A DNA stretch of 64,000 nucleotides from an uncultured beta proteobacterium (lineage in GTDB: Bacteria; Pseudomonadota; Gammaproteobacteria; Burkholderiales; Burkholderiaceae_D), in contig CAVPTE010000008.1 in the NCBI GenBank assembly GCA_963708665.1, forward strand, positions 912,750-976,749, in the 5' to 3' direction. The notes under the pieces were generated by a model that saw only the letters and a list, made by a program, of their open reading frames with translations, did no database searches and had not been told where the DNA came from. The position numbers and the translations under genes were made by a program. Shown piece after piece: positions 47,459-59,119 of this stretch (within the stretch, counting starts at the first letter, position 1; each line of letters begins with the position of its first letter).

Positions 47459-48370
47459 CTAGCGCATCGCGCGGTACATCCGCTCGAGCGTCGTCGCGCA
47501 GCGGTCGCGGACGGCACGTCGCCGACCGCGGCCAGCATCGCGCGCGGGTCGCCGGTCAGATGGCGGATGTCGTTCGGGCGCACGAACGCCGGGTTGACGC
47601 GCACGTCGATGCGGTAGCCGGCGATGTCTTCCATCATCGCGATGATGGCGCCGAGCGAGGCGGCCGTGCCGGTGCAGATGTTGACCGCGGCTCGACCGCA
47701 GCGGCGACTCGAGCAGCTTGCGATAGACCTCGACGACCATCGCGACGTCGGAAAAGTCGCGCTCGACGTCGATGTTGCCGAGCTCGATCGACGTCGCGCC
47801 GCGCGCGAAGTGCGACGACGATCTTCGGCACGAGGAAGTTCGTCGACTGGCCGACGCCGGTGTAGTTGAACGGCCGCGTGAACGACGATCGGCAGGCGGT
47901 CGAAGTAGTTCGCCGCCATCTTCTCCATCGCGAGCTTGCTGATCGCGTAGTGGTTCGCCGGCCGCGGCTCCTCGGTCTCGGCGAGCCGGTCGCCTTCGCG
48001 GTTGCCGTAGACGTTCGCGCTGCTCGCGAGCACGACCTTGCGCGGCGGCGTCGGCAACGCGGCCAGCGCGTCGAGCAGGTTGACGGTGCCGACGACGTTC
48101 GCCGCGTACAGCCGCGCCGGATCGGACACGACGAAGCTGATGCCGGCGAGGTGGATCACGAAGTCGGGCGCGACCTCGGCGACGACCGACCGGCACGGCG
48201 TCGGGCGACTCGATGTCGAGCACGCGCTCGCCGGGCTGCGGGTCGGCGTGCGTCGTGCCGACGACGCGGTAGCCGGCGGACTCGAGCTCGGCGCGCATCG
48301 ACGCGCCGGTGAATCCCTCGATGCCGGTGACGAGGACGGCCTCGCGTCCGGCCGGGACGTTCGCGGCCAT
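47459..48370 (-). CDS. rmd: GDP-4-keto-6-deoxy-D-mannose reductase-like SDR (frameshifted)
   Basis: [52 protein letters not shown]; adjacent to gmd. Confidence 0.78.
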   Translation of the reverse strand: MAANVPAGREAVLVTGIEGFTGASMRAELESAGYRVVGTTHADPQPGERVLDIESPDAVPVGRRRGRARLRDPPRRHQLRRVRSGAAVRGERRRHRQPARRAGRVADAAAQGRAREQRERLRQPRRRPARRDRGAAAGEPLRDQQARDGEDGGELLRPPADRRSRGRSTTPASASRRTSSCRRSSSHFARGATSIELGNIDVERDFSDVAMVVEVYRKLLESPLRSSRGQHLHRHGRLARRHHRDDGRHRRLPHRRARQPGVRAPERHPPSDRRPARDAGRGRRRAVRDRCATTLERMYRAMR

Positions 48371-48394
48371 CGCGGTGGGGTCGGCGCCGACCGG

Positions 48395-49436
<1,042 letters not shown>

Positions 49437-49539
49437 TGTGATGGAAGGAGGGTCGGAAGGGATGCGGGACGCGGTCGTGCCGCCGACGCCCCGCCGGGCG
49501 CGGCGGGCGCGCGACTCGGCGTCGGGGCGGGACGACGCG

Positions 49540-50376
49540 TCATTTCTTCAGCACGATGAGACCGATGGACGTCGTGACGAACTTCTCCTCGACCATCAGC
49601 TTCAGGTGCTTGTTGCGGTTGAACGGCGGCAGGTCGACGTATCGGTCGAGCTCGCGCGTTCCGGTGTTGAAGTTGATCGGCAGGAGCACGTTGCCCTGGG
49701 CCTCGATCGCGGACTTCAGCCGCCGGATGTCCTTGCGACGATAGAGCGAGAGCCCTTCGCTCTCGAACGTGTCTTCGTCGGACCCGATGTTGAGCTCGGT
49801 CGTATGCACCGCGACACCGCCCGGACGCAGGCACTTGTTCGCGTTGAGCACGAAGTCGATGCCGTGCTGCAGGGAACCGAGGTGCTCGAACGCGCACGAC
49901 GACCAGACGAAGTCGTGCACGCCGAGATCGTCCGGAATCGCGTTCATGTCGGCAGCGCGGAACGTGACGTGCTTCTCGAATTGCTCCCAGCTGCAGATCC
50001 CCTCGTAGAAATAGTCGCGGACGTTCGTGCTGCCCCAGTAGGCGTCGCCCTTCTCGCGCGGCGCGATGTCGGTGCAGATCACGTCGACCCCGCGCTTGGC
50101 CATCACCGCCGCGAGCGGCTCCTTTCCGCAGCCGAAGCCGACACCGCTGAAGCCCGGCTGCAGCACGCACAGCTGCTCCAGCGCACGAAGGATGTAGATG
50201 TACTCCCACTGCTTGCGATGGAACAGCTTGTCCTGCGCGATCTCGGCGCAGATGCGGTCGTAGATCGGTTCTTCGAACTGGCTCGCGGTGCAGACCTGGC
50301 TCGTGACGGTCTCGAGCGTCGGTTCGACCAGCGCCGGTTCGGGTGATGCGGCCAACGTGTCGGCGGTAGCGGCCAT
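49540..50376 (-). CDS. class I SAM-dependent methyltransferase
   Basis: [47 protein letters not shown]. Confidence 0.8.
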   Translation of the reverse strand: MAATADTLAASPEPALVEPTLETVTSQVCTASQFEEPIYDRICAEIAQDKLFHRKQWEYIYILRALEQLCVLQPGFSGVGFGCGKEPLAAVMAKRGVDVICTDIAPREKGDAYWGSTNVRDYFYEGICSWEQFEKHVTFRAADMNAIPDDLGVHDFVWSSCAFEHLGSLQHGIDFVLNANKCLRPGGVAVHTTELNIGSDEDTFESEGLSLYRRKDIRRLKSAIEAQGNVLLPINFNTGTRELDRYVDLPPFNRNKHLKLMVEEKFVTTSIGLIVLKK

Positions 50377-50443
50377 GGAATCCTCTTTCTGGAAGGTATC
50401 GGAAACGCAGGACCCGCGTCGGAAGCTGTCGGGATGCGTGCCG

Positions 50444-52116
50444 CTAGGCCAGCATGCCGTGCAGCCGACCGAGCCGCGGGTCTCGCGGGTGGATCAGCAG
50501 AAGGTTGATGAACAGTTGCGACGACGCGCTGAGATCGCCCTGCACGCGACCCATCAGCCGCCCGGAGTCGGTCGCCACGAGCTTCGGGTTGCCCTCGCTG
50601 ACCTCGAACATCAGATAGCCGTACCGATCGAACCACTGCAGCAGCCGCCCGGGGTCGGCCCCCATGCCGGTCAGTCCGTGCGGCCAGAACTCGATGATCC
50701 AGCAGCACGCGACGGCGTCGAAGCGCGCGTTCCGAAGCCCCTGGACGACCGCCCATTCGCTGCCCTGCGTGTCGCACTTGACGACCGTCGGAACGCACGG
50801 CAGGTCCGCGATGACGTCGTCGAGCGTGGTCACCGGGATCGACGTCGCCCGTCGCGGCGCGTCGCCTTCGAAGAGACGATGGTCGCCCCGATTGTCGTCG
50901 CTCAGGAAGAGCGGCGCGGTGCCGGTCTCGCTGCCGAGCGCGACCTGCCGCGGGACGACGTTCGTCGCGCCGTTGCGTTCGAGATTGCGCGACAGCAGCG
51001 CGAAGTTCGCGGCCTCCGGCTCGAACGCGACGACGTGGCCGCCGGCACCGACGTCGAGCGACGCGACGAGGCTGTACCAGCCGATGTTCGCACCGACGTC
51101 GATCACGCACCCCCCGGTTCGCAGAGCGCACGGAAGACTCGCGTCTCGAACGGCTCCCAGCATCGGTGCCGCCGGATGTCGGCGCTGATGTAGCGGTCGC
51201 CGGACGGATGGATCTCGATCTCGAAGCGGAGGTCGCCGAGGTCGATCGGCACGACCGGCGACTCCGTCCCGGCCGCGGCGTGCGCAGCGGGGCCCGCCGG
51301 AGCCTGCGGCTGCAGGTACGACGTCTCGAGTCGCGTGTCGACCGGATGCGCGATCTGGAACGCCGGGAGCAGGCAATAGCGCGCCGGTTCGAACAGCATG
51401 GGAAGGTCGTCGACGTGCACGAAGTGGTCGCCGAGGCAGTCGCGTCGCACGAAGAACGCGTTCGTGCCCGGCAGGTTGCACGAAACGAGCCCGTAGCCGT
51501 GCGTGTCCAGCGCCCGCTGCCACGCGCGCAGCGACGCACCGAAATAGTCGCTGCCGTTCCAACGATGCGCCGGGTCGTACGGCATCACCCAGTCGATCGC
51601 GGCGCCGAAGCGCGCGTTGTATTCGACGACGACGACGCGGGGACGCAGGGCGATGAACGGCGGCGCGACATGGAAGTCGTTGCCGTCGATGTCGATGCAG
51701 AGCAGGTCCGGTGGCGATGTCTCGCGAAGCATCGTGGCGACGACGTCGGCGTTGTCCGCGTCGATGAAGCGCGCCACGAGCGACAGGCGGCCGTCGTCCA
51801 GAGCGCCGGCGAACTTCGCGCGGATCGCCTCGGCGTGTCGCGCTTCGCCTTCGACCCAAGCGCCGTGCCACCCCGACAGCAACAGGGCGAGCGTGTTGTT
51901 CTCCAGACCGTTCTCGACGCCGATCTCGATGAAGCGCCGGGACTCGACGCCGATCCGGCGAAAGATCTCCGCGACGATGCCGTCCTCGTCGGCCTGCGAG
52001 AAGACCTTCGAGCCCGAGGCGATCGGGAATCGCCGGTCGCCGTAGCGCGGCTGTGCCATCAACTGCAGTCGCAGCGACGTGGCGGCCAGGACCTCGGACA
52101 TCGCGAAGGAAGACAT
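50444..52116 (-). CDS. tandem methyltransferase: FkbM-related N-domain plus FkbM domain (frameshift ~51110-51140)
   Basis: N: FSQADEDGI..FIEIGV..ENNT..LLCIDIDGND..VVVEYN; C: IDVGANIGWYS, AFEPE..NF, VKCDTQGSE, IIEFWP. Confidence 0.75.
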
Positions 52117-52118
52117 CG

Positions 52119-53612
52119 TCAGTTCGCGTTGTGCGCCTGGACGACGGCCTCGACCGCGACGAGGCCCCACAGGTCGCGGCCTTCCTCGTCGGACGGATAG
52201 CGGATCGCGAAGCGCGTCCCGCCGACGCAGTAGTCGACGATGCTCTCGGTCAACAGTTGCGTGCGGCGCATCGGATTCGGCGTCATCACGCTGACCCCGG
52301 CGATGATCCCGTATTCGCCGGGGCAGAGCGGACAGCGGTACGACAGCTCGATCACTTCCTGGCCGCCGGCGCGGAACTCGGCCAGGTCGATGCCGTGGTC
52401 GAGCGAGTTGATGTGGACGAGCTGTCGACCGCTCTGGTCGGTGATCCCGACGGCCAGCGCCGTGCGCGCGGGGACTTCGGTGTCGACCTGCAGGACCACG
52501 CGGATCAGATGCGTCCGGTCGAAGTCGATCGTGTCGGTGTCGTTGCCTTCCTCGTCCACGAGCACGATGTCCTGGATGCGGATCTCGCCGCTTCCGGTCC
52601 GGAACGGCTCGACCCGACTCGCGAAGGACGTGGGGCCGCCGGGCTGCGGCACCGCCGGCACCGGGACGTCGGGCGCATGCGGCGCGTCGTGCACGTCGGG
52701 CGAACGCGGCGTGGCCGGTACCGCCGCCGACATCGACGTGCTCGCCGCGCCGTTCGACGGCGCCGTCTCCGACGCCGGTGCGGGCGTCGTCGCATCCTGC
52801 GCGGCGCGCCGATCGGCCGGCTTCGGACGCACTCTGCCGAGCCCCGCGCCCGTCAGGCGCTTGAAGATCATCGACTCGTAGGCGCGGCCCACCTTCGCCG
52901 CCGCGTCGTCCATCACGACCTTCCCGTGCTCGAGCCACAGCCCGCGTTCGCACAGCGAACGCACCGAATCGGCGGCGTGCGTCACGTAGAGGAACGTCGT
53001 GCCGGCGTCCAGCAGCGACTTGATCTTGTGGAGGCACTTGTTCTGGAAGTACGCATCCCCGACGCTCAGGGCCTCGTCGACGATCAGGATGTCCGGCTGG
53101 ACGTAGACGGCGCACGAGAACCCGAGGCGCACGCCCATCCCGCTGCTGTAGGTCTTGACCGGGTGGTCGATCGCATCGTCGAGCTCGCTGAACTTGATGA
53201 TCGCCGGCGTGGCCTCGAGCGCTTCGTCGCGCGACAAGCCATGCAGCAGGCAGAACTGCGCGATGTTCTCGCGGCCGCTCAGCTCCGCGTTGAAGCCGGC
53301 GCCGAGCTCCAGCAACGCGGAGACCCGGCCCTCGATATGCGCCTCGCCGGTCGTCGGCGCGAGCACGCCGGCGATCACCTTCAGCAGCGTGCTCTTTCCG
53401 CTGCCGTTCTCGCCGATGATGCCGAGGCGCGCCCCCCGTTCGAGCGAGAACGTCACGTCGTCGAGCGCGGTGACCTTCCGATGCAGTGCGCGGCGACCGC
53501 CGTACAGCAGCTCGACCATGCGGTCGCGGGGTCGCTCGTAGCTGCGATAGGTCTTCGTGACCGACGCGACCTCGATCGTCCCGTTGACCCGGCCGTCGCG
53601 GTCAGATGACAT
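52119..53612 (-). CDS. wzt: polysaccharide ABC transporter ATP-binding protein with C-terminal Wzt domain
   Basis: GENGSGKSTLL, LLELGAGF, TYSSGM, IVDEALSVGD.YFQ, C-term RTGSGEIRI...LCPGEY. Confidence 0.93.
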   Translation of the reverse strand: MSSDRDGRVNGTIEVASVTKTYRSYERPRDRMVELLYGGRRALHRKVTALDDVTFSLERGARLGIIGENGSGKSTLLKVIAGVLAPTTGEAHIEGRVSALLELGAGFNAELSGRENIAQFCLLHGLSRDEALEATPAIIKFSELDDAIDHPVKTYSSGMGVRLGFSCAVYVQPDILIVDEALSVGDAYFQNKCLHKIKSLLDAGTTFLYVTHAADSVRSLCERGLWLEHGKVVMDDAAAKVGRAYESMIFKRLTGAGLGRVRPKPADRRAAQDATTPAPASETAPSNGAASTSMSAAVPATPRSPDVHDAPHAPDVPVPAVPQPGGPTSFASRVEPFRTGSGEIRIQDIVLVDEEGNDTDTIDFDRTHLIRVVLQVDTEVPARTALAVGITDQSGRQLVHINSLDHGIDLAEFRAGGQEVIELSYRCPLCPGEYGIIAGVSVMTPNPMRRTQLLTESIVDYCVGGTRFAIRYPSDEEGRDLWGLVAVEAVVQAHNAN

Positions 53613-54414
53613 CGGCGAACCCTTTTTCGAGACGTCGGAACAGCGACGTGCCGATCGCGAGGACGACGACGGCGAACGCCCACGCATAGCCCAGGTAGTG
53701 CCACGGGAACGCGCCGTGGTCGAGGATCGCGGCGCGTGCCGCCTCGATCAGGTAGAAGAACGGGTTCCAGTCCATCAGGATGCCGCGCGAGAGGCCGTTC
53801 GCGCCCTGCATCACGATGGCCGGCGAATACAGGATCGGGGTCAGGAAGAAGAGGATCGTGATGCACACCGGCACGAACTGCGTGAAGTCCGGGACGAACA
53901 TCGACAGCGACGAGATCGCGTAGGCGAAACCGAGCGTGATGACCACGCCGCATGCCCAGACGAGCAGGTAGGTCCAGGCGTGTGCCGGGAACGCCTGGGC
54001 GTACCACAGCATCAGGACCGCGGTGATCGCGATGACGACCATCTGCGTCATCAGCGCCGACGCGAACGCGATCAGCGGCACGACCCAGACCGGAAAGGCG
54101 ATCTTGTTGATCAGGTAGCTGTACTCGCGCAGCAGCGAGGTGCTGCGCCCGGAGACCTCCGCGAACAGCGTCCAGATGCTGAACGCGGAGAAGTAGAACA
54201 GCGCGAACGGCACGTCGTTGTACGGTGCGCCCATCCGACCGGACATGAGGATCGAGAACACGAAGATGTTGATCGTCGAATAGACGAGCGGCAGCGCGAT
54301 CAGCCACGCGCCGCCGCCGAACGACGACGCATACCGGGTTCGCAGGTCGCGCGCACCGAGCGCCCACGCCAGCCGCAGGCCGTGAGCGAGGCCGTTGCCG
54401 CGTCCGGTCGTCAT
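53602..54414 (-). CDS. wzm: polysaccharide ABC transporter permease
   Basis: RDLRTRY.SS..G..W, LINKIAFP, FFLTPILY, NPFFYLI, FRRLEKGFADVI. Confidence 0.93.
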   Translation of the reverse strand: MTTGRGNGLAHGLRLAWALGARDLRTRYASSFGGGAWLIALPLVYSTINIFVFSILMSGRMGAPYNDVPFALFYFSAFSIWTLFAEVSGRSTSLLREYSYLINKIAFPVWVVPLIAFASALMTQMVVIAITAVLMLWYAQAFPAHAWTYLLVWACGVVITLGFAYAISSLSMFVPDFTQFVPVCITILFFLTPILYSPAIVMQGANGLSRGILMDWNPFFYLIEAARAAILDHGAFPWHYLGYAWAFAVVVLAIGTSLFRRLEKGFADVI

Positions 54415-54480
54415 GCCGTGCCGCCGCTGCCGGGCAGCGGAGCCGCGGCGGTGCTTCCGCCGTCGGCCGAAGATGCCGGT

Positions 54481-55599
54481 TCACGCATGACGGGCGTCCC
54501 TGGCGGCGGCGGTCTTGCGACGCGCGACCGACTCGATGCGGTGGACGAAGGCGCTGCGGACGTTGCGCACCGAGAAGGCCCGCAGGTGCGGCTCGATCCG
54601 CGTCGCGTAGGCCCCGAGGTCGACCGGCGCCAGCCGGATCTCGCGCGCGATCGCCCGGGACAGCGCCGGAACGTCGCCGGTCGGCACGAGCGTGGCGAGA
54701 CCGCCGCAGATGTTCGGCAGGTTCGAGTTGTCGTAGGTGACGACCCGACACCCGTACGCCAGCGCCTCCAGGATCGGCACGCAGAATCCTTCGTGATAGC
54801 TCGGCAGGACGAACAGGTCCGCGTCGCGCAGGATCGACTTCTTCCGGTCTTCCGGAGCATCCGCATGGAGCGCGATGCGTAGGCGCGCGCCGTACCGTGC
54901 GGCCAGGTCGACGATCGTCGCACGCAGCGCCTCGATCATCGCCGGGTCGGAGAAGTCGCCGTTGCCGATCAGGTCCAGCCGAAGCCGGACGTCCGCGTCG
55001 TCCGCGGCGACCGCTTCGACGGCCGCCAGCAGGTCGCCCGGCCCCTTCGAGCGGACGAACCTCCCGACGTAGGCGATGCGCACGACGCCGTCGGACGCGC
55101 TCGCCTTGACGGGCGGAAGCGCGGACGCCACTTCGACGGAGAGCGGCACGACGGTCGCCGGGACGTCGATCCCCGCCGAACGCAGCGTCTCCAGATTGGT
55201 TCGACTGACGCAGAGCACGTGGTCCGCGAACGCGATGTTGGCCATCTGCCGATGCGACCGGTCGATCGTGTCGTGGTGACTCGCCGCCACGAATTCCTTC
55301 GGCGTGACGTTGTGGAAGACGACGACACGGCCGGCATTCGTCGGCGCGACCGGCAGCAGGTCGAAGAGCGGATAGTAGACGCCGAAGTGGAAGACCACGA
55401 CGTCGCTCGCCTGGAAGAACGGGTCGAAGGCGACGTCGCGCAAATGCTGGACCTCGCGATGCGCGACGTCGTCGAAGTCGCAGCGATACGCGAAGAGCCG
55501 GACGTCGTGCCGGGCCGCGAGCCAGCGGCAATGCATGCGGACCGAATCCGAGATCGCGTCGTGACGCACGCAGACGCTGTGGAGGACCGAGATCTTCAA
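54481..55599 (-). CDS. GT4 glycosyltransferase (TTG start overlapping upstream stop)
   Basis: HDAISDS, FHNVTP, YVGRFVRSKG, LPSYHEGFCVPILEAL. Confidence 0.85.
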   Translation of the reverse strand: MKISVLHSVCVRHDAISDSVRMHCRWLAARHDVRLFAYRCDFDDVAHREVQHLRDVAFDPFFQASDVVVFHFGVYYPLFDLLPVAPTNAGRVVVFHNVTPKEFVAASHHDTIDRSHRQMANIAFADHVLCVSRTNLETLRSAGIDVPATVVPLSVEVASALPPVKASASDGVVRIAYVGRFVRSKGPGDLLAAVEAVAADDADVRLRLDLIGNGDFSDPAMIEALRATIVDLAARYGARLRIALHADAPEDRKKSILRDADLFVLPSYHEGFCVPILEALAYGCRVVTYDNSNLPNICGGLATLVPTGDVPALSRAIAREIRLAPVDLGAYATRIEPHLRAFSVRNVRSAFVHRIESVARRKTAAARDARHA

Positions 55600-57815
55600 G
55601 GGGTCGCCGCCTGCGTCGCCGCGTCGATCGCGGCGAGCGTGCCGCCGGTCATGGCGCGTGCCGTGAAGCGCTCGAGGTAGGCGGCGCGCGCGCGGCGCCC
55701 GACCGCGCCTCGCAGTGCCGCATCGGCGACGACGCGCTCGAGTGTCGCCAGCAGCGACGCGCTGTCGCCGGGTTCCACCAGGAAGCCGGTCTCGCCGTCG
55801 GCGATGACTTCGCGCATGCCGCCTGCGTTGCCGCCGATGACGGTCCTGCCGTGCATCATCGCTTCGAGATGGACGAGGCCGAACGACTCGAAGCGCGACG
55901 GCGCGACGACGACGTCGGCCGCCTCGTAGAAGCCGCGAAGCCGTTCCTCGCTGACCTCGCCGTGGAACGCGATGCGGCCCGCGTCGACGAGCTGCCGCTG
56001 CGCGTCCTCGAAGCGTCGCCGCAGCGTGGTTCCGTCGTAGTCGATCGTGTCGTTGCCGACGACGTCGATGCGGACGTCGGGGTGCGCTCGCAGCAGCGCC
56101 GGCGCCGCGGCGAGGAACACGTCGGCGCCCTTGCGGTACTCCAGGCGTCCGACGAAGCACACGCGGACCTGGTCGGGGTGCCGCGCGGCCGGCTGCGTCC
56201 CGGCGCCGGTCCAGTCGTCGAGCCCGAGGTGCACGACGTGCAGCCGGTCGACCGGCAGCGCGATCTCGTAGAGGCGTTCCATCTCCTCCGCGATGGCCCG
56301 GCTGTGCGCGATCACGCCGTCGACGTCCTGGACCAGCCGCCGTTCGAGCGCCAGCACGGGTCCGGCGAACGTCCGCATGAAGTCCGCGTCGGCGCGGCGC
56401 TCGGGATTCGAGTCCAGATACATGGCGAGCGTCGTCTGCAGGAACGTCAGCAGGTGGAACCGTCCGTCGTCGAGGAACGCGATGCCCTCGAGATCCCAGA
56501 TCGGCGCGCACACCGCCACGACCGGGCGTCGATCGGCGATCTCGATCGCTTCTTCCAGCATCGATCGCGAGTAGTTCCAGAGCCGCGCCGGCACGTCGAG
56601 CCCGGGCGGCGCGTCGAACGCCTTCGGCACGATGCGGTGGACCCAGACCCCTTCCTCGAAGTCCACGCGGTCGTGTCCGCTCCCTTCGGTCAGCACGTGG
56701 ACCTGGTGGCCGAGCCGCGCGACGTCCTTCGCGAGATGGTGGACGAAACGGCCGATCCCGCCGACGCTCGCCGGCGGGTAGGTGCGCGTCAGGAACACGT
56801 GGCAACGCTGCTCGGCGGCCGGCAGCGTCGGGACGAAGCGCACGAATCCCTCGTTGCCCCGAAGGCTCTCGACGTCGACGAGCTTGCGCCGACCGGCCAG
56901 GCCGCGCGTCAGGCCGTCGCGCAGCGCGTGCTCGACCTCGTCCTCGAATGCGTCGAGACGCTGCGGTTCGAGCAGACGTTCGCCGATCGCCCATTTCACG
57001 TGGGTCCGGAACTCCTCGACCGTGTCGTGGGCGACCTCGAGTGCCAAGTCGAGCGGCACGTGACCGCCGCCGTTCATCAGCGAGAAGTAGGTCTTGTTCT
57101 TGATGACCGACCGCCAGCTCGTGAGCACCCGCGATTCGTTGCGGATGTGGCTCGGCATGTACTTGTGATGGATGAAGCCCCGATCGAGCTGGGCGACCTT
57201 CCATCCCGCATCGACGAAGCGCAGGATGATGTCGCTCTCGTCGAGGAAGTACTCGTACTCCTCGTCGAAGCCGCCGACCTCCACGATCGCGGAACGCCGG
57301 AAGAGGCTGTTCGCCATGACGTGCGGATAATGGAAGCTGCCGGGGAAGTTGAATTCCGGCGTCGCACGTTGCCACGTCGTGTCGGCGACGCCGAAACGGT
57401 CGAGACTGCCGAAACGCCACTGGTACGCCTTGCCGGTATGGTCGTGAAGGAAGCCGCCCGCCACCGCGACGTCGGCGTCACGGAACGCCGGCACGACGTC
57501 GTCCAGCCATTCCGGCTCCGGAACCGAGTCGTCGTCGAGAAACGCGACGATCTCGCCCGACGAGATCTGGATGGAAAGGTTGCGCGACATCGACAGGTTG
57601 CGCTCGGGACATTCGCCGTACCGGATCTGCGCACCGTAGCCGGCGCAGAGTTCGTGCGTTCCATCGCGCGTCGGGCCGGCGACCACGACGACCTCGAAGT
57701 TCGGGTAGCGCAGGTAGCGCAGGCTCTCGAGGCAGGTCGCGAGGCTCGCCGCGCGGCCGTCGGTGTTGACGATCACCGACACGGTCGGCGCGAACGCATC
57801 CGTCGTCGGCCCCAT
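55596..57815 (-). CDS. GT2-GT4 fusion glycosyltransferase
   Basis: N: SVIVNT, SRN, AFLDDDS, GGFDE..EYFLDESD; C: GGIGRF, VGRLEYRKG, PSRFESFGLVHLEAM. Confidence 0.9.
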   Translation of the reverse strand: MGPTTDAFAPTVSVIVNTDGRAASLATCLESLRYLRYPNFEVVVVAGPTRDGTHELCAGYGAQIRYGECPERNLSMSRNLSIQISSGEIVAFLDDDSVPEPEWLDDVVPAFRDADVAVAGGFLHDHTGKAYQWRFGSLDRFGVADTTWQRATPEFNFPGSFHYPHVMANSLFRRSAIVEVGGFDEEYEYFLDESDIILRFVDAGWKVAQLDRGFIHHKYMPSHIRNESRVLTSWRSVIKNKTYFSLMNGGGHVPLDLALEVAHDTVEEFRTHVKWAIGERLLEPQRLDAFEDEVEHALRDGLTRGLAGRRKLVDVESLRGNEGFVRFVPTLPAAEQRCHVFLTRTYPPASVGGIGRFVHHLAKDVARLGHQVHVLTEGSGHDRVDFEEGVWVHRIVPKAFDAPPGLDVPARLWNYSRSMLEEAIEIADRRPVVAVCAPIWDLEGIAFLDDGRFHLLTFLQTTLAMYLDSNPERRADADFMRTFAGPVLALERRLVQDVDGVIAHSRAIAEEMERLYEIALPVDRLHVVHLGLDDWTGAGTQPAARHPDQVRVCFVGRLEYRKGADVFLAAAPALLRAHPDVRIDVVGNDTIDYDGTTLRRRFEDAQRQLVDAGRIAFHGEVSEERLRGFYEAADVVVAPSRFESFGLVHLEAMMHGRTVIGGNAGGMREVIADGETGFLVEPGDSASLLATLERVVADAALRGAVGRRARAAYLERFTARAMTGGTLAAIDAATQAATP

Positions 57816-59089
57816 CAGCGGCCGCCGTTTCTCGCGCGTACTTCGAATTCCTTGCAGCCGCCGTTCTCGCGATTCGCCGCCACCACCTCGACATCCGCGA
57901 AGCCGGCCTCCTCGAGCAGGGCGGACAGCGAGGCCGGGCTCAGCATGTTGTAGTGGAAGTCGCCGTCGTAGTCCTGGCCGCCGAACGTGACGTTGCGGAA
58001 CTGCTCGAAGCCGTATTCGCCGCTCAGGTACGCCTTCGCCATCCCGTCCGCGTCGGGGACGACGGCCGCGAAGACGCCATCGGGCTTCAGCAGCCGCCGC
58101 CAGTAGCCGAGCAGCTCGCGCCGCAACTGCTCCTGCGGGAAATGCTCGAGCACGTGCGCCGAGAAGATCTCTTCGGCTTCGCCTTCGTCGAACGGGAGGT
58201 CGTCGATCTCGGCCACGACGTCGACTCCGGGAAGCGCACGGCGGTCGACGTTGATGTATCCGTCGAGCGCGACATGCCCGCAGCCGAGATTCAGCCGCAG
58301 GCCTCGCCTGCGCGCATCGGCGACCTTGTCGACCGAAATGATCTCGGCGGTCGCGCGCAACGAGTCGCCGTCGCTCTTGCGGGCCGCGCCGTAGCGCATC
58401 TCGAACAGCAGCTCGCGACGAACGAACTCCACGCGACCGAGGAGGTATTCGACGGTCGACGTCAGGCCGCGCGCGGCGTCGCGGATCGCCGTGGCCTCGC
58501 CGATGAACGTGGCGCGCGCTTCGTCCGTTGCCGCGCCGGCGGCGGCCACGCGAGCCTCGAAGGCCATCAGCTCGCGCGCGACGTCGGATCGCTGGGTGGC
58601 CTGCGCGGCGTCCAGGTCCGCGACGCGCCGTTCGATCCCGCCGAGCCGCTCGCGAGTCGCGGCCGCGTCGCGCGCGGCGTTGCGTAGCGCGACCGGTACC
58701 GATCGCACCAGGTTGTCGACGGCGCTGGTCCTGGCGACGAGCCGTCCGTTCATCTCGGTGATCGTGTCGAGGAGACCCGGAAGCTGCCGGTTCGCGAAGT
58801 CCTCGTAGCGGGCGACCACCTCCTGCACGGCCGGTTGCGGACCGTCGACCGCTCGGCGCAACGCCTCGATCTCGGCGGCCTGGCGGGCTTGCGATTCGGC
58901 GGCGAGGCGGTTCGCTTCGGCGGCGAGGTCGACGGCTTCCGCGGCGAGGCGGTTCTGCGCGTCGGCGGCGGCCGTCCAGGCGGCACGCGTCTCCGGCAGG
59001 CGGATGACGGCCACGGCGATGCGAACCGGTCGCCCGATCAGCGGCAGCCGGGCGAGTCCCCTGACCATTCTTCTCAATGCCTGCTTCAT
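57815..59089 (-). CDS. coiled-coil protein with C-terminal SAM methyltransferase domain
   Basis: Amphipathic N-term, long Ala/Glu/Arg helical stretch, then RLNLGCG..DGYINVD, SAHVLEH, LLKPDG. Confidence 0.82.
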   Translation of the reverse strand: MKQALRRMVRGLARLPLIGRPVRIAVAVIRLPETRAAWTAAADAQNRLAAEAVDLAAEANRLAAESQARQAAEIEALRRAVDGPQPAVQEVVARYEDFANRQLPGLLDTITEMNGRLVARTSAVDNLVRSVPVALRNAARDAAATRERLGGIERRVADLDAAQATQRSDVARELMAFEARVAAAGAATDEARATFIGEATAIRDAARGLTSTVEYLLGRVEFVRRELLFEMRYGAARKSDGDSLRATAEIISVDKVADARRRGLRLNLGCGHVALDGYINVDRRALPGVDVVAEIDDLPFDEGEAEEIFSAHVLEHFPQEQLRRELLGYWRRLLKPDGVFAAVVPDADGMAKAYLSGEYGFEQFRNVTFGGQDYDGDFHYNMLSPASLSALLEEAGFADVEVVAANRENGGCKEFEVRARNGGR

Positions 59090-59119
59090 GACGCCTTTCG
59101 GTCGCGCGGGCCCCGATCG

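Noticed and set aside
50362-50370. ops-like GGCGGTAG in the polysaccharide cluster
   Set aside because: Wrong strand relative to transcription and inside a CDS; no JUMPStart visible in the operon leader
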